64,000 nt of DNA from an uncultured Bacteroidales bacterium (GCA_937982115.1 CALJNE010000006.1:515-64514), one strand, 5' to 3'; shown: positions 38,578 through 49,826, numbered from the stretch's first letter. Numbers and translations are program-made. Notes: generated from the letters alone by a model not told the origin.

Positions 38578-39498
38578 TTAATTAACTTTAAATCTAACAT
38601 CTCCTTTTTCGAAGAAATCAATAATTTGTTTAATAGCAGCAATACCTGCATTAACATTAGCTTCTTCGGTTTGAGCTCCCATTTTTTTCGGAGTGAAAAA
38701 GAATCTTCCGGGGAATTTTTCTGTCATTTCGGCAGCACAATCAGGAACAATATCAGAAAGATAAGCAAAATCTTTACGTTGAGCCATTACTTCAAGCAAA
38801 TCAGCTTCGTTAATAACTTCTTTTCTTGCAGTATTAACTAAAACCGCATTTTTAGGCATCAACATCATTAAATCTTTATTGATAGATTTTTTTGTTTTTT
38901 CATTTGCCGGAATATGCAAAGAAACGTATTGGCAATTTTTATACAATTCTTCAACAGATTTTACTGGAATTACACCATCAGCTTGCATTACAGCATCATC
39001 AACAAAAGGATCGAAAGCAAATATTTTCATGCCGAATCCTTTTGCAATCATTCCAACATATTTTCCAACATTACCGTAAGCATGAATACCAATAGTCTTA
39101 CCTCTCAGCTCAGAACCAGATTTGCCGGAGAAGAAAGCTCTTGCATGATAAATCATCATACCGAAAGCAAGTTCGGCAACAGCATTAGAGTTTTGTCCAG
39201 GAGTATTCATTGCTACAACATTATGTTCAGTAGCTGCATTCAAATCAATATTATCATAACCTGCTCCGGCTCTAACAACTATTTTCAAATTTTTACCGGC
39301 TTCGATAACTTCTTTATCAACAATATCACTTCTGATAATGATTGCGTCAACATCTTTTACAGCGTTTAAAAGCTCGTCTTTAGTTTTATAATTTTCGAGT
39401 TTTACTAATTCGTAGCCTGCAGATTTTGCAATGTTTTCAATTTCAATAACAGCATCAGCTGCAAATGGCTTTTCTGTTGCTAAAAGTACTCTTTTCAT
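38578..39498 (-). CDS. serA: D-3-phosphoglycerate dehydrogenase, short type III form
   Basis: MKRVLLATEKPFA, IIRSD, RAGAGYDNID, NTPGQNSNAVAEL, GIHAYGNVG, SLHIP, NTAR, TPKKMGAQT. ATG 39498 supported by TATTTTTG at 39520-39527. Confidence 0.88.
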   Translation of the reverse strand: MKRVLLATEKPFAADAVIEIENIAKSAGYELVKLENYKTKDELLNAVKDVDAIIIRSDIVDKEVIEAGKNLKIVVRAGAGYDNIDLNAATEHNVVAMNTPGQNSNAVAELAFGMMIYHARAFFSGKSGSELRGKTIGIHAYGNVGKYVGMIAKGFGMKIFAFDPFVDDAVMQADGVIPVKSVEELYKNCQYVSLHIPANEKTKKSINKDLMMLMPKNAVLVNTARKEVINEADLLEVMAQRKDFAYLSDIVPDCAAEMTEKFPGRFFFTPKKMGAQTEEANVNAGIAAIKQIIDFFEKGDVRFKVN

Positions 39499-39631
39499 AT
39501 CTTTAAATTTTTGTTTTTTCAAAAATAAAGTTTTTAATGATTTTGAAAAAAAAATTTAACATATTTAAAAACAGATTTTTTGTTAAAATTTTGTTAGAAT
39601 TTTATATTTTTACGTCAATAAATTTTTTGAT

Positions 39632-42600
39632 ATGAAAAAGGTTTTAAGCATTGTTTTCTGGATAAGTTTGATCCTTTGTTTCAATCAGGTTTTTTCACAA
39701 ACCGGAACAGTAAAAGGAGTTGTAACAGACTCTAATGGAGATCCTTTGTTTGGAGCTAACGTTGTTGTAAAAAACACTTCGTTGGGAGTAATCTCCGGAA
39801 TTAATGGTGAGTTTGTGTTGGGAAATATCCCGGTAGGTGAGAGAATTATTGAGATATCTTTTGTGGGGATGAAAAAACAAGAGCACAAACTTTTGATTGA
39901 GGCTAACAAAACCATTACCTTAAATGTTAAACTCGAGGATGATGCCGTAGTTCTGGAAGATGTTGTGGTTATCGGTTACGGAAGACGACAAAAGAGAGAT
40001 GTTACCGGAGCAATATCTTCAATAAGTTCAGATGATTTAGGCGATGCTGTGTTGCCAAGTTTGGAATCTTCCTTACAAGGACGAGCCGCAGGTGTACAGG
40101 TAACGACAGCTAACGGTATGGCAGGAGCTCCCATAAATGTTAAAGTGCGTGGAACAAATTCAATTTCGGCAGGCTCTCAACCATTATATGTTATTGATGG
40201 TATTCCTGTAACAACCGGAGATTTTTCAGCCAATAACACAGGTACAGGATTTAATGCACTGAGCGATTTAAACCCAAACGATATTGAATCAATTCAGATT
40301 TTAAAAGACGCTGCTGCAGCAGCAATTTACGGGTCACGTGGAGCTAATGGAGTTGTTTTAATTACAACTAAAAAAGGTAGTGCCGGTAAAACAAAATTCA
40401 ATATTAACTATTATAGTGGTTTTGTGGAAGCTGCAAACAGAATCGAACTTATTAACGCCGAACAACATCTTGCTTTGAGAGATTCGGCAAGAGTTCGCAA
40501 AGGACTTGATCCGGAAGATAAAAACTCGATTATTTACACACCTATCAATGGTAATCCTATAACAAGAGCTATGGCCGACAGCATAGCTGCACTTGGAGGA
40601 ACAGATTGGATTGATTTAGTGCTGCGTCGTGGATTTGTGCAGGAAGTTTCGGCTACTGCTCAAGGCGGTAACGACAAAACCATATTTTACATGGGGGTTA
40701 CCTATAAAGACGAAGAAGGTTTTGTTATTGGAAATTCTTACAATAGAATCAGCGGAAGAATTAATGTTGAAAACAAAGCTACAGACAAACTCAGTATTGG
40801 AAGCAATATGTCTGTTTCATACAGCAAAAACAAAAGAGTACCAACAGGTGATGCAGGAGGTTTAGGATTGGCACAACAAAATTTACCTTACATTCCGGTT
40901 TATAATCAGGATGGAACATATTTCGATCCTTACAAAAATCCACTCTGGCAACTCGAAAATTGGCATTTCCAAGCAAACTCTTTCAGATCCATTACCGGAT
41001 TATATCTTAATTATGAATTTACAAAAAATTTGAGTTTTAGATCTGAGTTTGGCGTTGACTTTATGAATTTAGGCGAAGATGAATTCAGGTTCAGAAATGT
41101 TCAGGATACAGGTTCGGTTTCCTCAGCCTGGGACAGAAGAACTAATGTTTACAATTATACTACCAACAATTATTTTACCTATAATTTAAAAATCGGAGAC
41201 CATCAAGAAGCAGATTTTACTTTAGGTCAATCCTATCAAAGGAGTAAAACAAGCGGAGTCGGGCTTAATGGATGGAATTTTCCAAATGATAATCTTAGAA
41301 GTCCGGGTTCAGCAGATCCTTCAAATATGTCGGGATATAGCTATTCAACAGGTTTTGCTTTTGATTCTTATTTCTTTAGAGTTAACTACAAACTTTTTAA
41401 TAAATATCTTGCAGGCTTTAGTATAAGAACCGACGGCAGCTCACGTTTTGGACGCGACAACCGTTACGGTATTTTCCCTGCAGTTTCTGCAGGTTGGATA
41501 ATTAGCGACGAAGATTTTATTTCAAAGGATGGAGCTATTAGTTTCCTGAAACTTAGAGCCTCGTATGGTCTCACCGGAAATGCAAATATTGACGACTATG
41601 CTCATTTAGGTTTTTATGTTGCAACAGGCGGATACAACGGGGCTTCGGCAATAATACCCGCAACATTGCCAAATCCTCTCTTAAGCTGGGAAAAGTCAGT
41701 AATGTTTGATGTTAATCTTGATTACGGATTCTTTAACAACAGAATTAGCGGTAGTATAACCTACTACGACAAACGCAGTTCAGACTTATTGCTACAAGTA
41801 ACTCTGCCAAGTTCATCAGGTTATTCCAAAATCTGGAGAAATATCGGAGCTTTAACAAACAATGGAGTTGAATTTGAAATTACAAGTCATAACATTCAAA
41901 AAAAAGATTTAAAATGGACAACTAACTTAAATTTAGCACATAACAGAAACATCGTTACAGACGTTGGAGGTTTACCCCCTGACGCATTTGACAACAAAAC
42001 CGGTGGTGATGCACGCGTAATTTTGGGATATCCGGTCGGTACAGCATATTTGGTTGAATGGGCCGGTGTAGCAAAAGAAAATATGCAAATCGGACTATGG
42101 AATGTTGACGGAACTCCTGTACTCGACAATGAAGGTAATCAAGTTATGGTAAATGTGCAAGCCGGTACAGAATTATACTATGACCTTAATGGAAATTTAA
42201 TGACCTATGCAAGCCCTACCGGCGACTTTTACGGAGATAACAGAAAACCTGCCGGAAATCCGTTCCCTAAACTCGTAGGAGGTATTACAAACACATTTAA
42301 CTGGAAAGGATTTGATTTTAGTTTTCTTTTCACTTTTCAATATGGAAACACAATTTATGATGATCAGGCCAAACGTATGATAGGTGATTTTTACAGCATT
42401 GCTCAACGTCCAGAAATTCTTGACGCATGGTCTGAATCAAATCCTGATTCCGATGTGCCGGGATTAAATCAATACACAACCTACGTAAACTCCACCCGAT
42501 TCTTATACGATGCTTCTTACATCAGACTGAAAAATCTTTCATTAGGTTATTCATTCAGTAAATCTGTATGTCAAAAGTTAAAACTCAACAGTATGAGAAT

Positions 42601-42772
42601 TTATATTTCAGGAAATAATCTCTGGATATACACAAAATATAGAGGTTGGGATCCTGAAGTAATCAGGCATACAAATTACAATGATCCTGATTCAAATGTT
42701 TCGTTTGCGGCACCTTCATTTGCAACACCGCAAGCAAGAGTAATTATCGGTGGAATTCAAATTACATTTTAA
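39632..42772 (+). CDS. susC: SusC/RagA family TonB-dependent transporter
   Basis: VVIGYG, LQGRAAGV, VRGTNSI, PLYVIDG, LNPNDIESIQILKDAAAAAIYGSRGANGVVLITTK, LSWEK, YIRLKNLSLGY, C-terminal F. Confidence 0.96.
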   Translation: MKKVLSIVFWISLILCFNQVFSQTGTVKGVVTDSNGDPLFGANVVVKNTSLGVISGINGEFVLGNIPVGERIIEISFVGMKKQEHKLLIEANKTITLNVKLEDDAVVLEDVVVIGYGRRQKRDVTGAISSISSDDLGDAVLPSLESSLQGRAAGVQVTTANGMAGAPINVKVRGTNSISAGSQPLYVIDGIPVTTGDFSANNTGTGFNALSDLNPNDIESIQILKDAAAAAIYGSRGANGVVLITTKKGSAGKTKFNINYYSGFVEAANRIELINAEQHLALRDSARVRKGLDPEDKNSIIYTPINGNPITRAMADSIAALGGTDWIDLVLRRGFVQEVSATAQGGNDKTIFYMGVTYKDEEGFVIGNSYNRISGRINVENKATDKLSIGSNMSVSYSKNKRVPTGDAGGLGLAQQNLPYIPVYNQDGTYFDPYKNPLWQLENWHFQANSFRSITGLYLNYEFTKNLSFRSEFGVDFMNLGEDEFRFRNVQDTGSVSSAWDRRTNVYNYTTNNYFTYNLKIGDHQEADFTLGQSYQRSKTSGVGLNGWNFPNDNLRSPGSADPSNMSGYSYSTGFAFDSYFFRVNYKLFNKYLAGFSIRTDGSSRFGRDNRYGIFPAVSAGWIISDEDFISKDGAISFLKLRASYGLTGNANIDDYAHLGFYVATGGYNGASAIIPATLPNPLLSWEKSVMFDVNLDYGFFNNRISGSITYYDKRSSDLLLQVTLPSSSGYSKIWRNIGALTNNGVEFEITSHNIQKKDLKWTTNLNLAHNRNIVTDVGGLPPDAFDNKTGGDARVILGYPVGTAYLVEWAGVAKENMQIGLWNVDGTPVLDNEGNQVMVNVQAGTELYYDLNGNLMTYASPTGDFYGDNRKPAGNPFPKLVGGITNTFNWKGFDFSFLFTFQYGNTIYDDQAKRMIGDFYSIAQRPEILDAWSESNPDSDVPGLNQYTTYVNSTRFLYDASYIRLKNLSLGYSFSKSVCQKLKLNSMRIYISGNNLWIYTKYRGWDPEVIRHTNYNDPDSNVSFAAPSFATPQARVIIGGIQITF

Positions 42773-42789
42773 CTTTAAAACATTGAATT

Positions 42790-44208
42790 ATGAAAAAGAT
42801 AAATTTCATCAAAATATTGGTTGCTGTTTCACTCGGAGTTTTCACAACTTCATGCGAAAAACTTCTGGATGTTGAACTAAACGACAAAATTCCTAACGAG
42901 TATGCAATAAACTCCACAAGAGATTTACAACTTGTACTTAATGGAGCTTATGATGCTATTCAATCCGGTAGTGTTCTGGGTGGCAATTTAGTAATTTATG
43001 CCGATTTACTTGCTGATGATACAAAAATTGGTAATGAAAACAAACTTAATAGATTCGGAAAATACGAAATCTATAATATGACTACATCTCCTCAAATTAC
43101 CGAAATAGCATCATTTTGGGGAACGGCTTATGCAGCAATTAACAGAGCCAATAATGTAATTTATACAATTGACAATAACCTTGTAAATGACCCTCATTTC
43201 GATTTGAATAAAGACAGATTAAAAGCTGAAGCATTATTTATCAGAGCCTTGTGTCATTTCGAATTGGTAAGATTTTTCGCAAAACCTTATGATGTTGATA
43301 ATAAAGGCAATAACAACCAACCTGGCGTACCATACAGAAAACTGCCGTCACTTTCGCCTAATGATTTACACATGGCTCGTAATACAGTCGAAGAAGTTTA
43401 TCAATACATTAAAGAAGACCTCGAAACTTCGAAAACCCTATTTGCAAATGCAGGTGTATTTACATCTAATTCATTAGCTTCTTACATGTCTTCCACAGCA
43501 TTGCTTGCAAGAGTATGTTTCTTTTCCGGAGATTACACTAAAGCAGCTCAAAATGCCGATGAAGTTATTCAAAGCGGGTATTATACACTGGCAGAAGATT
43601 ATTCATCAATTTTTAAATTAAGCGGTAACACTTCAAACCCTGAAGTAATTTTCCAAATAGTAAATATTGTAACCGACAACAGCAATTCATTAATAGATGC
43701 TTATTCACGAAGCAAAAATCCACTATTTCAAACTACCGCAATAATATATAATATGTATTCTCCAAATGATATTCGCAGACAAATGATAAATAAATATTTT
43801 GTGATTTACTATGTAAAAAAATATGACGAAACCCTTATTGAAGGAGTCTCTCAACCTCTAAACAGAGTTTATTTGCGTTTGGCTGAGATGCATCTTATCA
43901 GAGCTGAAGCTAATCTGCTACAAGGAGGCCCCGGAAATATTATTCAAGCCTACGATAGCTATAATGCTTTGAGACAAAGAGCTTTTGGAACAAATTACAT
44001 ACCCGAATCCGTAGCTTTAAACGACTTACTCGATTCTGTTCGTAATGAACGTCGTCGTGAATTATGTTTTGAAGGTGACAGATATCATAATCTAAAAAGA
44101 ATGAAAATGAATCTCAGAGACGGAGTTACATGGAATTCAGATGCTCCTATATTTAAAATTCCCGCTGAAGAAGTTTCCGGTAATAACTTAATGATTCAAA
44201 ATCCTTAA
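42790..44208 (+). CDS. susD: SusD/RagB family surface lipoprotein
   Basis: Lipobox TTS-C; YAAINRAN, EALFIRALCHFELVRFF, RLAEMHLIRAEA, ERRRELCFEGDR, C-terminal QNP. Confidence 0.95.
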   Translation: MKKINFIKILVAVSLGVFTTSCEKLLDVELNDKIPNEYAINSTRDLQLVLNGAYDAIQSGSVLGGNLVIYADLLADDTKIGNENKLNRFGKYEIYNMTTSPQITEIASFWGTAYAAINRANNVIYTIDNNLVNDPHFDLNKDRLKAEALFIRALCHFELVRFFAKPYDVDNKGNNNQPGVPYRKLPSLSPNDLHMARNTVEEVYQYIKEDLETSKTLFANAGVFTSNSLASYMSSTALLARVCFFSGDYTKAAQNADEVIQSGYYTLAEDYSSIFKLSGNTSNPEVIFQIVNIVTDNSNSLIDAYSRSKNPLFQTTAIIYNMYSPNDIRRQMINKYFVIYYVKKYDETLIEGVSQPLNRVYLRLAEMHLIRAEANLLQGGPGNIIQAYDSYNALRQRAFGTNYIPESVALNDLLDSVRNERRRELCFEGDRYHNLKRMKMNLRDGVTWNSDAPIFKIPAEEVSGNNLMIQNP

Positions 44209-44285
44209 AAATTACTTAATTACATTATATTTAAAACTTCTTTGCACATTTTTTGTTTTAACTAAGGATTTTGAAAATTAAGATT

Positions 44286-45545
44286 ATGAAAACAAAAATT
44301 TATATATTCCTATTTTTAATATTCGCTCTTAACAGGCTTTTTGGTGCTTATATTTTAATTCCAATGGATGACACACAAAAAAACCATCTCAAAGCCTATG
44401 GTGTTACTTACTGGACTTTACAAAATCAAATCGAAGCATGGTGGTTGCTCAATTACCGTGGAGGAAGTTTTATAATGCCATATTTTAAAGAAATAGAAAA
44501 AGAATGTATAATTCGTGGTGTTAGTTACGAAATAATTGCCGATGCTCAAAAAAATGCTCTTTTTAACGAAATATCTTCTCCCTCAGTAAATATGGACGCA
44601 GTAAAACTTGAAAAAGCTCCAAAAATTGCAGTTTATACACCTCCTTTCAGTCAGCCCTGGGATGATGCGGTAACTTTAGCACTAACTTATGCAGAAATAC
44701 CTTACGATAAAATTTACGATAGAGAAATTTTAAACGGAGAACTTGCAAATTATGATTGGTTACACCTCCACCACGAAGACTTTACCGGACAATACGGCAA
44801 GTTTTATGGAGCTTACGGTAGAATGCAGTGGTATAAAGACAATCAAAGACGAAGCGAAGAAGAAGCCTTATCCATGGGATTTAATAAAGTTTCGCAATTA
44901 AAATTAGCTGTAGCCAAAACCATAAAGGCTTATGTTGCCGAAGGAGGATTTCTGTTTGCAATGTGTTCGGCAACAGATTCTTTCGATATTGCTCTTGCTG
45001 CCGAAGGTGTTGATATATGTGAATGGATGTATGACGGCGACCCCGCAGACCCCGATGCTCAGCAAAAATTAGATTATTCGAAAACTCTGGCTTTTACAAA
45101 TTTTAAACTTGTAATGAATCCGCTCGAATACGAATATTCTGACATTGATGTTACAAATAATAGAAAAATCCGTCCGGAAGAAGACTATTTCGTTTTATTT
45201 GAATTTTCTGCAAAATGGGATCCTGTTCCAACAATGTTGTGTCAGAATCATACAAACCTCATTCGTGGATTTATGGGACAAACAACTGCATTTAGAGCTG
45301 ATTTAGTAAAACCACATGTTTTGATTATGGGCGAAAATAAAGCTGCCGGAGAAGTAAGATATATACATTCGGAACATGGAAAAGGAATGTGGACATTTTA
45401 TGCAGGTCACGACCCCGAAGATTACAGACATTATGTAGGCGATGAACACACTGATTTATCTCTATTCCCAAATTCGCCGGGATATAGACTAATTCTCAAC
45501 AATGTATTGTTTCCTGCTGCAAAAAAGAAAAAATTAAAAACATAA
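44286..45545 (+). CDS. Exported class I glutamine-amidotransferase-like protein (family often labelled 'asparagine synthetase B' in Bacteroidota)
   Basis: Signal peptide; QKNHLKAYG, WLLNYRGGSF, WDDAV, YDWLHLHHEDFTGQYGKFY, GGFLFAMCSA nucleophile elbow, GHDPEDY. No asparagine synthase domain. Confidence 0.75.
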   Translation: MKTKIYIFLFLIFALNRLFGAYILIPMDDTQKNHLKAYGVTYWTLQNQIEAWWLLNYRGGSFIMPYFKEIEKECIIRGVSYEIIADAQKNALFNEISSPSVNMDAVKLEKAPKIAVYTPPFSQPWDDAVTLALTYAEIPYDKIYDREILNGELANYDWLHLHHEDFTGQYGKFYGAYGRMQWYKDNQRRSEEEALSMGFNKVSQLKLAVAKTIKAYVAEGGFLFAMCSATDSFDIALAAEGVDICEWMYDGDPADPDAQQKLDYSKTLAFTNFKLVMNPLEYEYSDIDVTNNRKIRPEEDYFVLFEFSAKWDPVPTMLCQNHTNLIRGFMGQTTAFRADLVKPHVLIMGENKAAGEVRYIHSEHGKGMWTFYAGHDPEDYRHYVGDEHTDLSLFPNSPGYRLILNNVLFPAAKKKKLKT

Positions 45546-45546
45546 T

Positions 45547-46047
45547 CTAATTCATTATTTTTTTATCGCATCGGTAAACTTCAGGGAAAATTTGTTTTAG
45601 TAATCTTAGTAATTTCAACCAATTGCCGGTTTCAACATCAATACCCCATGAGCCGGGTAAAATATTTTCCATCCTAATAAGCGTAAAAAATGTTTTTCTC
45701 ACAAACGAAATATTCATTTGTTTAAGCGAATCTTCATTAGAAAGTATCTCATTCATCTCCATTATCCACGCTTGATAAGCACATTTACAATCATAAGATT
45801 TTAAAAACTCAGTCATGTTATTAACATCTTCAACCAATTTGGAATCAAATAATGCTTTAATAAAAGAATAGAATTTAGGAGTGTACTCAAATGTATGATC
45901 ATCATGATATATAATATAGTCTTCTTCCTTTGCTTTTTCAAGAAAATCTATATAAGAAAGCAAATTACAAAAATACTCGATTGGGAAATCGTACTTGTTA
46001 TCTTCGTTCAATAGTTTCTTTATCTGTTTGCTAAGTACGTATGGCAT
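45547..46047 (-). CDS. Hypothetical protein (DUF6508-like)
   Basis: 166 aa helical protein; C-terminal TLIRMENILPGSW...ETG.WLKLL resembles DUF6508 by recollection. Confidence 0.55.
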   Translation of the reverse strand: MPYVLSKQIKKLLNEDNKYDFPIEYFCNLLSYIDFLEKAKEEDYIIYHDDHTFEYTPKFYSFIKALFDSKLVEDVNNMTEFLKSYDCKCAYQAWIMEMNEILSNEDSLKQMNISFVRKTFFTLIRMENILPGSWGIDVETGNWLKLLRLLKQIFPEVYRCDKKIMN

Positions 46048-46129
46048 AAAAAATTAATAATATTAACTCTTTTCTCTAATTAACAAAAAGTTAAAGTTAA
46101 TGTTTAAAAAAAATGTTTAGACCTGAAAA

Positions 46130-47158
46130 CTATTTTAAATATTCTTTAAAACCATCAGAATAAATAACCCTTTCCTTACCTTGTTGATCTAGAAAAATAA
46201 GATATGCATCAATGTTTTTTAAAGAATCTATAATCTGTAAAGCCTTTTCAAGTCCGACAACCATAAAAGCAGTAGCAAAAGCATCTGCGGTCATACAATC
46301 ATCCGCGACTACGGTAACACTTAGCAATGAATTTTCGGCAGGATATCCTGTTCGAGGATCTAATGAATGTCCATATTTTTTGTTTCCGTTTTGTTTATAT
46401 TTTCTGTAATTACCGGAAGTTGCAAGCCCCTTACCACTAATTGAAATAATAACCTGATTTTCCCTGTTTGAATAATCCGTTCCTTCAATAGGTTTATCTA
46501 TTCCAATCTTCCAGTTCTCAGCTTTACTGTTAAGTCCATAACAATAAATTTCACCACCTATTTCAATCAAAAAGTTTTTCAGTCCTAATTTTAAAAAATA
46601 TTCTGCAACATAGTCAACAGAAAGCCCCTGTGCAATTGCATTAGATATAAACATTGTTTCGGGATAGGTTTTAATCAATTTCTTGTTTTTAATTTTAACC
46701 TTGTCCATTCCAACATAAACTAATGTTTCTGCAATTAGTGCCGAATCAGGGATTTCATTATTATCGTTTTTCATCGAATCAGAACTTTTTTTCCAGCCAA
46801 AACCCCATAAATTAGCTATGGGAGCAACTGTTATATCAAAAGCTCCATCTGTTATTTTGTAAACTTCAAAAGACTTTTTAAACATTTTTTCAGAAAGCTC
46901 GTCAACTTCATCGCTTAAATTGTAATTCAATTTTGAGATCACAGAAAGAGAATCGTAATTAGACAATGATTTATTAAAATTCTGAAGCAGACTGTCAATT
47001 TCTGAGGATAAATCTTTATCCCATTCATAAGTTATATGAAAATATGTCCCCTGTACCGGGCCTTCATAATACCTGTAAACCTTTTTTGATGAATTATCAC
47101 AAGAAACAATAACAAAAAAAACAATTAGAGACAGAATTAAAAAGTATAAATTTTTCAT
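46130..47158 (-). CDS. apbE: FAD:protein FMN transferase lipoprotein
   Basis: Lipobox VS-C; QGTYFHI, GAFDITV, AIAQG, EIGGEI, ATSGNYR, HSLDPRTGYP, ADAFATA; follows nqrF. Confidence 0.95.
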   Translation of the reverse strand: MKNLYFLILSLIVFFVIVSCDNSSKKVYRYYEGPVQGTYFHITYEWDKDLSSEIDSLLQNFNKSLSNYDSLSVISKLNYNLSDEVDELSEKMFKKSFEVYKITDGAFDITVAPIANLWGFGWKKSSDSMKNDNNEIPDSALIAETLVYVGMDKVKIKNKKLIKTYPETMFISNAIAQGLSVDYVAEYFLKLGLKNFLIEIGGEIYCYGLNSKAENWKIGIDKPIEGTDYSNRENQVIISISGKGLATSGNYRKYKQNGNKKYGHSLDPRTGYPAENSLLSVTVVADDCMTADAFATAFMVVGLEKALQIIDSLKNIDAYLIFLDQQGKERVIYSDGFKEYLK

Positions 47159-47282
47159 TAGTCCAATGTTAGTTTTCAGAGCAAGATAATAAAATAATGA
47201 GACAAAAACAAGTTTTTATAAATATAATAGACTAAAATCTAAAATGTATATATTTAAAGAATATATTAATCGGCGAATATAA

Positions 47283-48542
47283 CTAACCGCCAAAATCATC
47301 AAAAGCAATCATATCTTTGGGTACGCCAAGATCATCAAGCATTTTAAGAACAGCGTCATTCATTAATGGAGGGCCGCAGAGGTAGTATTCAATTTCTTCG
47401 GGTTCATCTATTTTTGAAAGATAATTATCATAAATAACTTTATGGATGAATCCAGTGTATCCTGTCCAATTATCAGATTCTTTAGGTTCTGAAAGAGCAA
47501 TATTGAATTTAAAGTTAGGAAATTCTTTTTCGATAGCTCGGAATTCGTCTTCGTAGAAGATTTCACGTTTGGACCTTGCACCATACCAGAATGTAACTTT
47601 TCGATTAGTTTTTACGGTATGGAATAGATGGAAAATGTGCGAACGCATTGGAGCCATACCTGCTCCTCCGCCAATAAACATCATTTCTCTATTGGTTTCT
47701 TTAATATGAAATTCGCCAAATGGTCCGCTTATCATAACTTTATCGCCGGGTTTACGGGAGAAGATAAATGAAGAACATACACCGGGATTAACATTCATAA
47801 ATGAATTTATTTTTCTATCCCATGGTGGTGTTGCGATACGAATATTGAGCATTATAATATTTCCTTCGGCAGGATGATTTGCCATTGAATAAGCTCTGAA
47901 AGTTTCCTCTTCATTTTTCATCTTAAGATTCCAGAGTCCGTAGGCATCCCACTCATCACGATACTCTTCTTCAACATAAATATCTTTAGAAAAATCCACT
48001 TCAATTTTTGGAACATCAATTTGAATATATGAACCTGATTTAAAGTTCAAAAATTCGCCTTCAGGAAGTTTTACGACAAATTCTTTAATAAATGTAGCAA
48101 CATTTCTATTGGAAATAACTTCACATTCCCACTTTTTAACACCAAGAACCTCGTGCGGAATTTCGACTTTAAGATCATTTCTAACTTTCACCTGACAAGA
48201 GAGTCTCCAGAAATTATTTTGTTCCTTTCTGGTAAAAAATCCGGTTTCGGTGGGAAGAATCGAACCGCCTCCTTCGAGAACACGAGCTTTACACATTCCG
48301 CATGTTCCTCCTCCTCCACAAGCAGAAGGAACAAAAATTTTACTGTCTGCCAAAGCAGCGAGTAACGAAGTACCAGGATCAACTTCTATCTGTTTTTCAT
48401 CGTTTATTGTAATTTTAACTTTACCCGATGGTGTAAGTTTTTTCTTTGCATAAAGAAGAACTATTATCAATAATAATATTATAAAAAGAAAAACAGATAT
48501 TGCACTAATTATAATTGTTGTAGCGGATGATAAGATAATCAT
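47283..48542 (-). CDS. nqrF: Na+-translocating NADH:quinone reductase subunit F
   Basis: N-terminal TM; [15 protein letters not shown] 2Fe-2S; RAYSMA; [11 protein letters not shown]; YLCGPP; FDDFGG. Start is ATG 48542 or TTG 48548. Confidence 0.97.
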   Translation of the reverse strand: MIILSSATTIIISAISVFLFIILLLIIVLLYAKKKLTPSGKVKITINDEKQIEVDPGTSLLAALADSKIFVPSACGGGGTCGMCKARVLEGGGSILPTETGFFTRKEQNNFWRLSCQVKVRNDLKVEIPHEVLGVKKWECEVISNRNVATFIKEFVVKLPEGEFLNFKSGSYIQIDVPKIEVDFSKDIYVEEEYRDEWDAYGLWNLKMKNEEETFRAYSMANHPAEGNIIMLNIRIATPPWDRKINSFMNVNPGVCSSFIFSRKPGDKVMISGPFGEFHIKETNREMMFIGGGAGMAPMRSHIFHLFHTVKTNRKVTFWYGARSKREIFYEDEFRAIEKEFPNFKFNIALSEPKESDNWTGYTGFIHKVIYDNYLSKIDEPEEIEYYLCGPPLMNDAVLKMLDDLGVPKDMIAFDDFGG

Positions 48543-48554
48543 AAGCAATATTTT

Positions 48555-49172
48555 TTAAAGTTTAATTCCCATAAATCCCATAAATGCAAGTCCCATAAGA
48601 CCTGTGATAATAAATGTAATGCCCAAACCTTTTAGAGGAGCAGGGACATCGGAGTATTTAATTTTTTCGCGTATTGCAGCAATACCAACAATAGCGAGCA
48701 GCCATCCTATTCCACTTCCAAAACCAAAAACAGTAGCTTCTGCTATATTGGCATATTCCCTTTCCGACATAAACAAAGAACCTCCGAGGATAGCACAATT
48801 AACAGCTATTAGTGGCAAGAATATTCCAAGAGAAGAATATAAAGACGGAGAAAACTTTTCAACTACCATTTCTACGATTTGAACCATCGAAGCTATTACG
48901 GCAATAAAAATTATAAAACTCAAGAAAGTCAAATCAACATCGGCAAATTCAGGTGATAACCATGTCAAAGCTCCGGGTTTTAACATATATTTTTCTATTA
49001 AATAATCAACAGGCACAGTAATTGTTAGAACGAAAACAACGGCTATTCCTAATCCAAAAGATGTTTTTACGGTTTTAGATACAGCCAAATAAGAACACAT
49101 GCCTAAAAAATAGGCAAAAATCATATTATCAATAAAAATTGATTTTACGAAAATATTTAGTAAGTTTTCCAT
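48555..49172 (-). CDS. nqrE: Na+-NQR subunit E
   Basis: [25 protein letters not shown]; operon position. Confidence 0.97.
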   Translation of the reverse strand: MENLLNIFVKSIFIDNMIFAYFLGMCSYLAVSKTVKTSFGLGIAVVFVLTITVPVDYLIEKYMLKPGALTWLSPEFADVDLTFLSFIIFIAVIASMVQIVEMVVEKFSPSLYSSLGIFLPLIAVNCAILGGSLFMSEREYANIAEATVFGFGSGIGWLLAIVGIAAIREKIKYSDVPAPLKGLGITFIITGLMGLAFMGFMGIKL

Positions 49173-49184
49173 AATTTAAGCTAT

Positions 49185-49811
49185 TTAATTTTTTTCAATT
49201 AAATCACGATTTTTGCCTCTTTGAACCCAAATAATTATTCCAACAATTATCAAAGCCATTGGTGGTAATATCATTAGCCCGTTATTAGAATAACCGGCTT
49301 GGTACCATGATTGGGGTATAACATGGTAATTCCAAATTGTTCCACTGCCAAACAATTCTCTAAAAAACGATACAATGATCAGAATAGCACCATAACCGGC
49401 ACCATTACCTATTCCATCTAAAAAACTTCTTCCGGGAGAATTGGACATAGCAAAAGCTTCCAAACGTCCCATAACTATACAGTTAGTAATAATTAATCCC
49501 ACAAAAACTGAAAGCTGTTTACTAACGTCAAAAACATAAGCTTTTAAAAACTGGTCAACAATAATAACTAAAGATGCAATTACTACCAGCTGAACGATAA
49601 TCCTAATCCTTTTAGGAATACCATTTCTAAGCAAAGAAATTATAAAGTTGGAAACTGCAACAACAAAAATAACACTTAATGCCATAACAAAAGCAGGCTT
49701 CATTTTTACAGTAACTGCCAATGCCGAACAGATACCCAAAACTTGTACGGTAATAGGATTATTTTTGTTTATTGGGTCAACTAACAGTTTAATGTTTTTC
49801 TTTGATAACAT
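49185..49811 (-). CDS. nqrD: Na+-NQR subunit D
   Basis: [29 protein letters not shown]. Confidence 0.97.
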   Translation of the reverse strand: MLSKKNIKLLVDPINKNNPITVQVLGICSALAVTVKMKPAFVMALSVIFVVAVSNFIISLLRNGIPKRIRIIVQLVVIASLVIIVDQFLKAYVFDVSKQLSVFVGLIITNCIVMGRLEAFAMSNSPGRSFLDGIGNGAGYGAILIIVSFFRELFGSGTIWNYHVIPQSWYQAGYSNNGLMILPPMALIIVGIIIWVQRGKNRDLIEKN

Positions 49812-49826
49812 AATATTTTAATTTTT

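Noticed and set aside
38914-39369. 151-aa + strand ORF opposite serA, and other ORFs stacked at 38475-39095
   Set aside because: Antisense to a well-supported gene with biased codon usage; no recognisable motifs. Shadow ORFs.
8576-44285. Longest-ORF starts in the track (8576, 10677, 18790, 24805, 26937, 26905, 27780, 35477, 39522, 44271)
   Set aside because: Downstream ATGs better fit family N-termini, signal peptides, promoter boxes or avoid overlaps, so starts were shortened.
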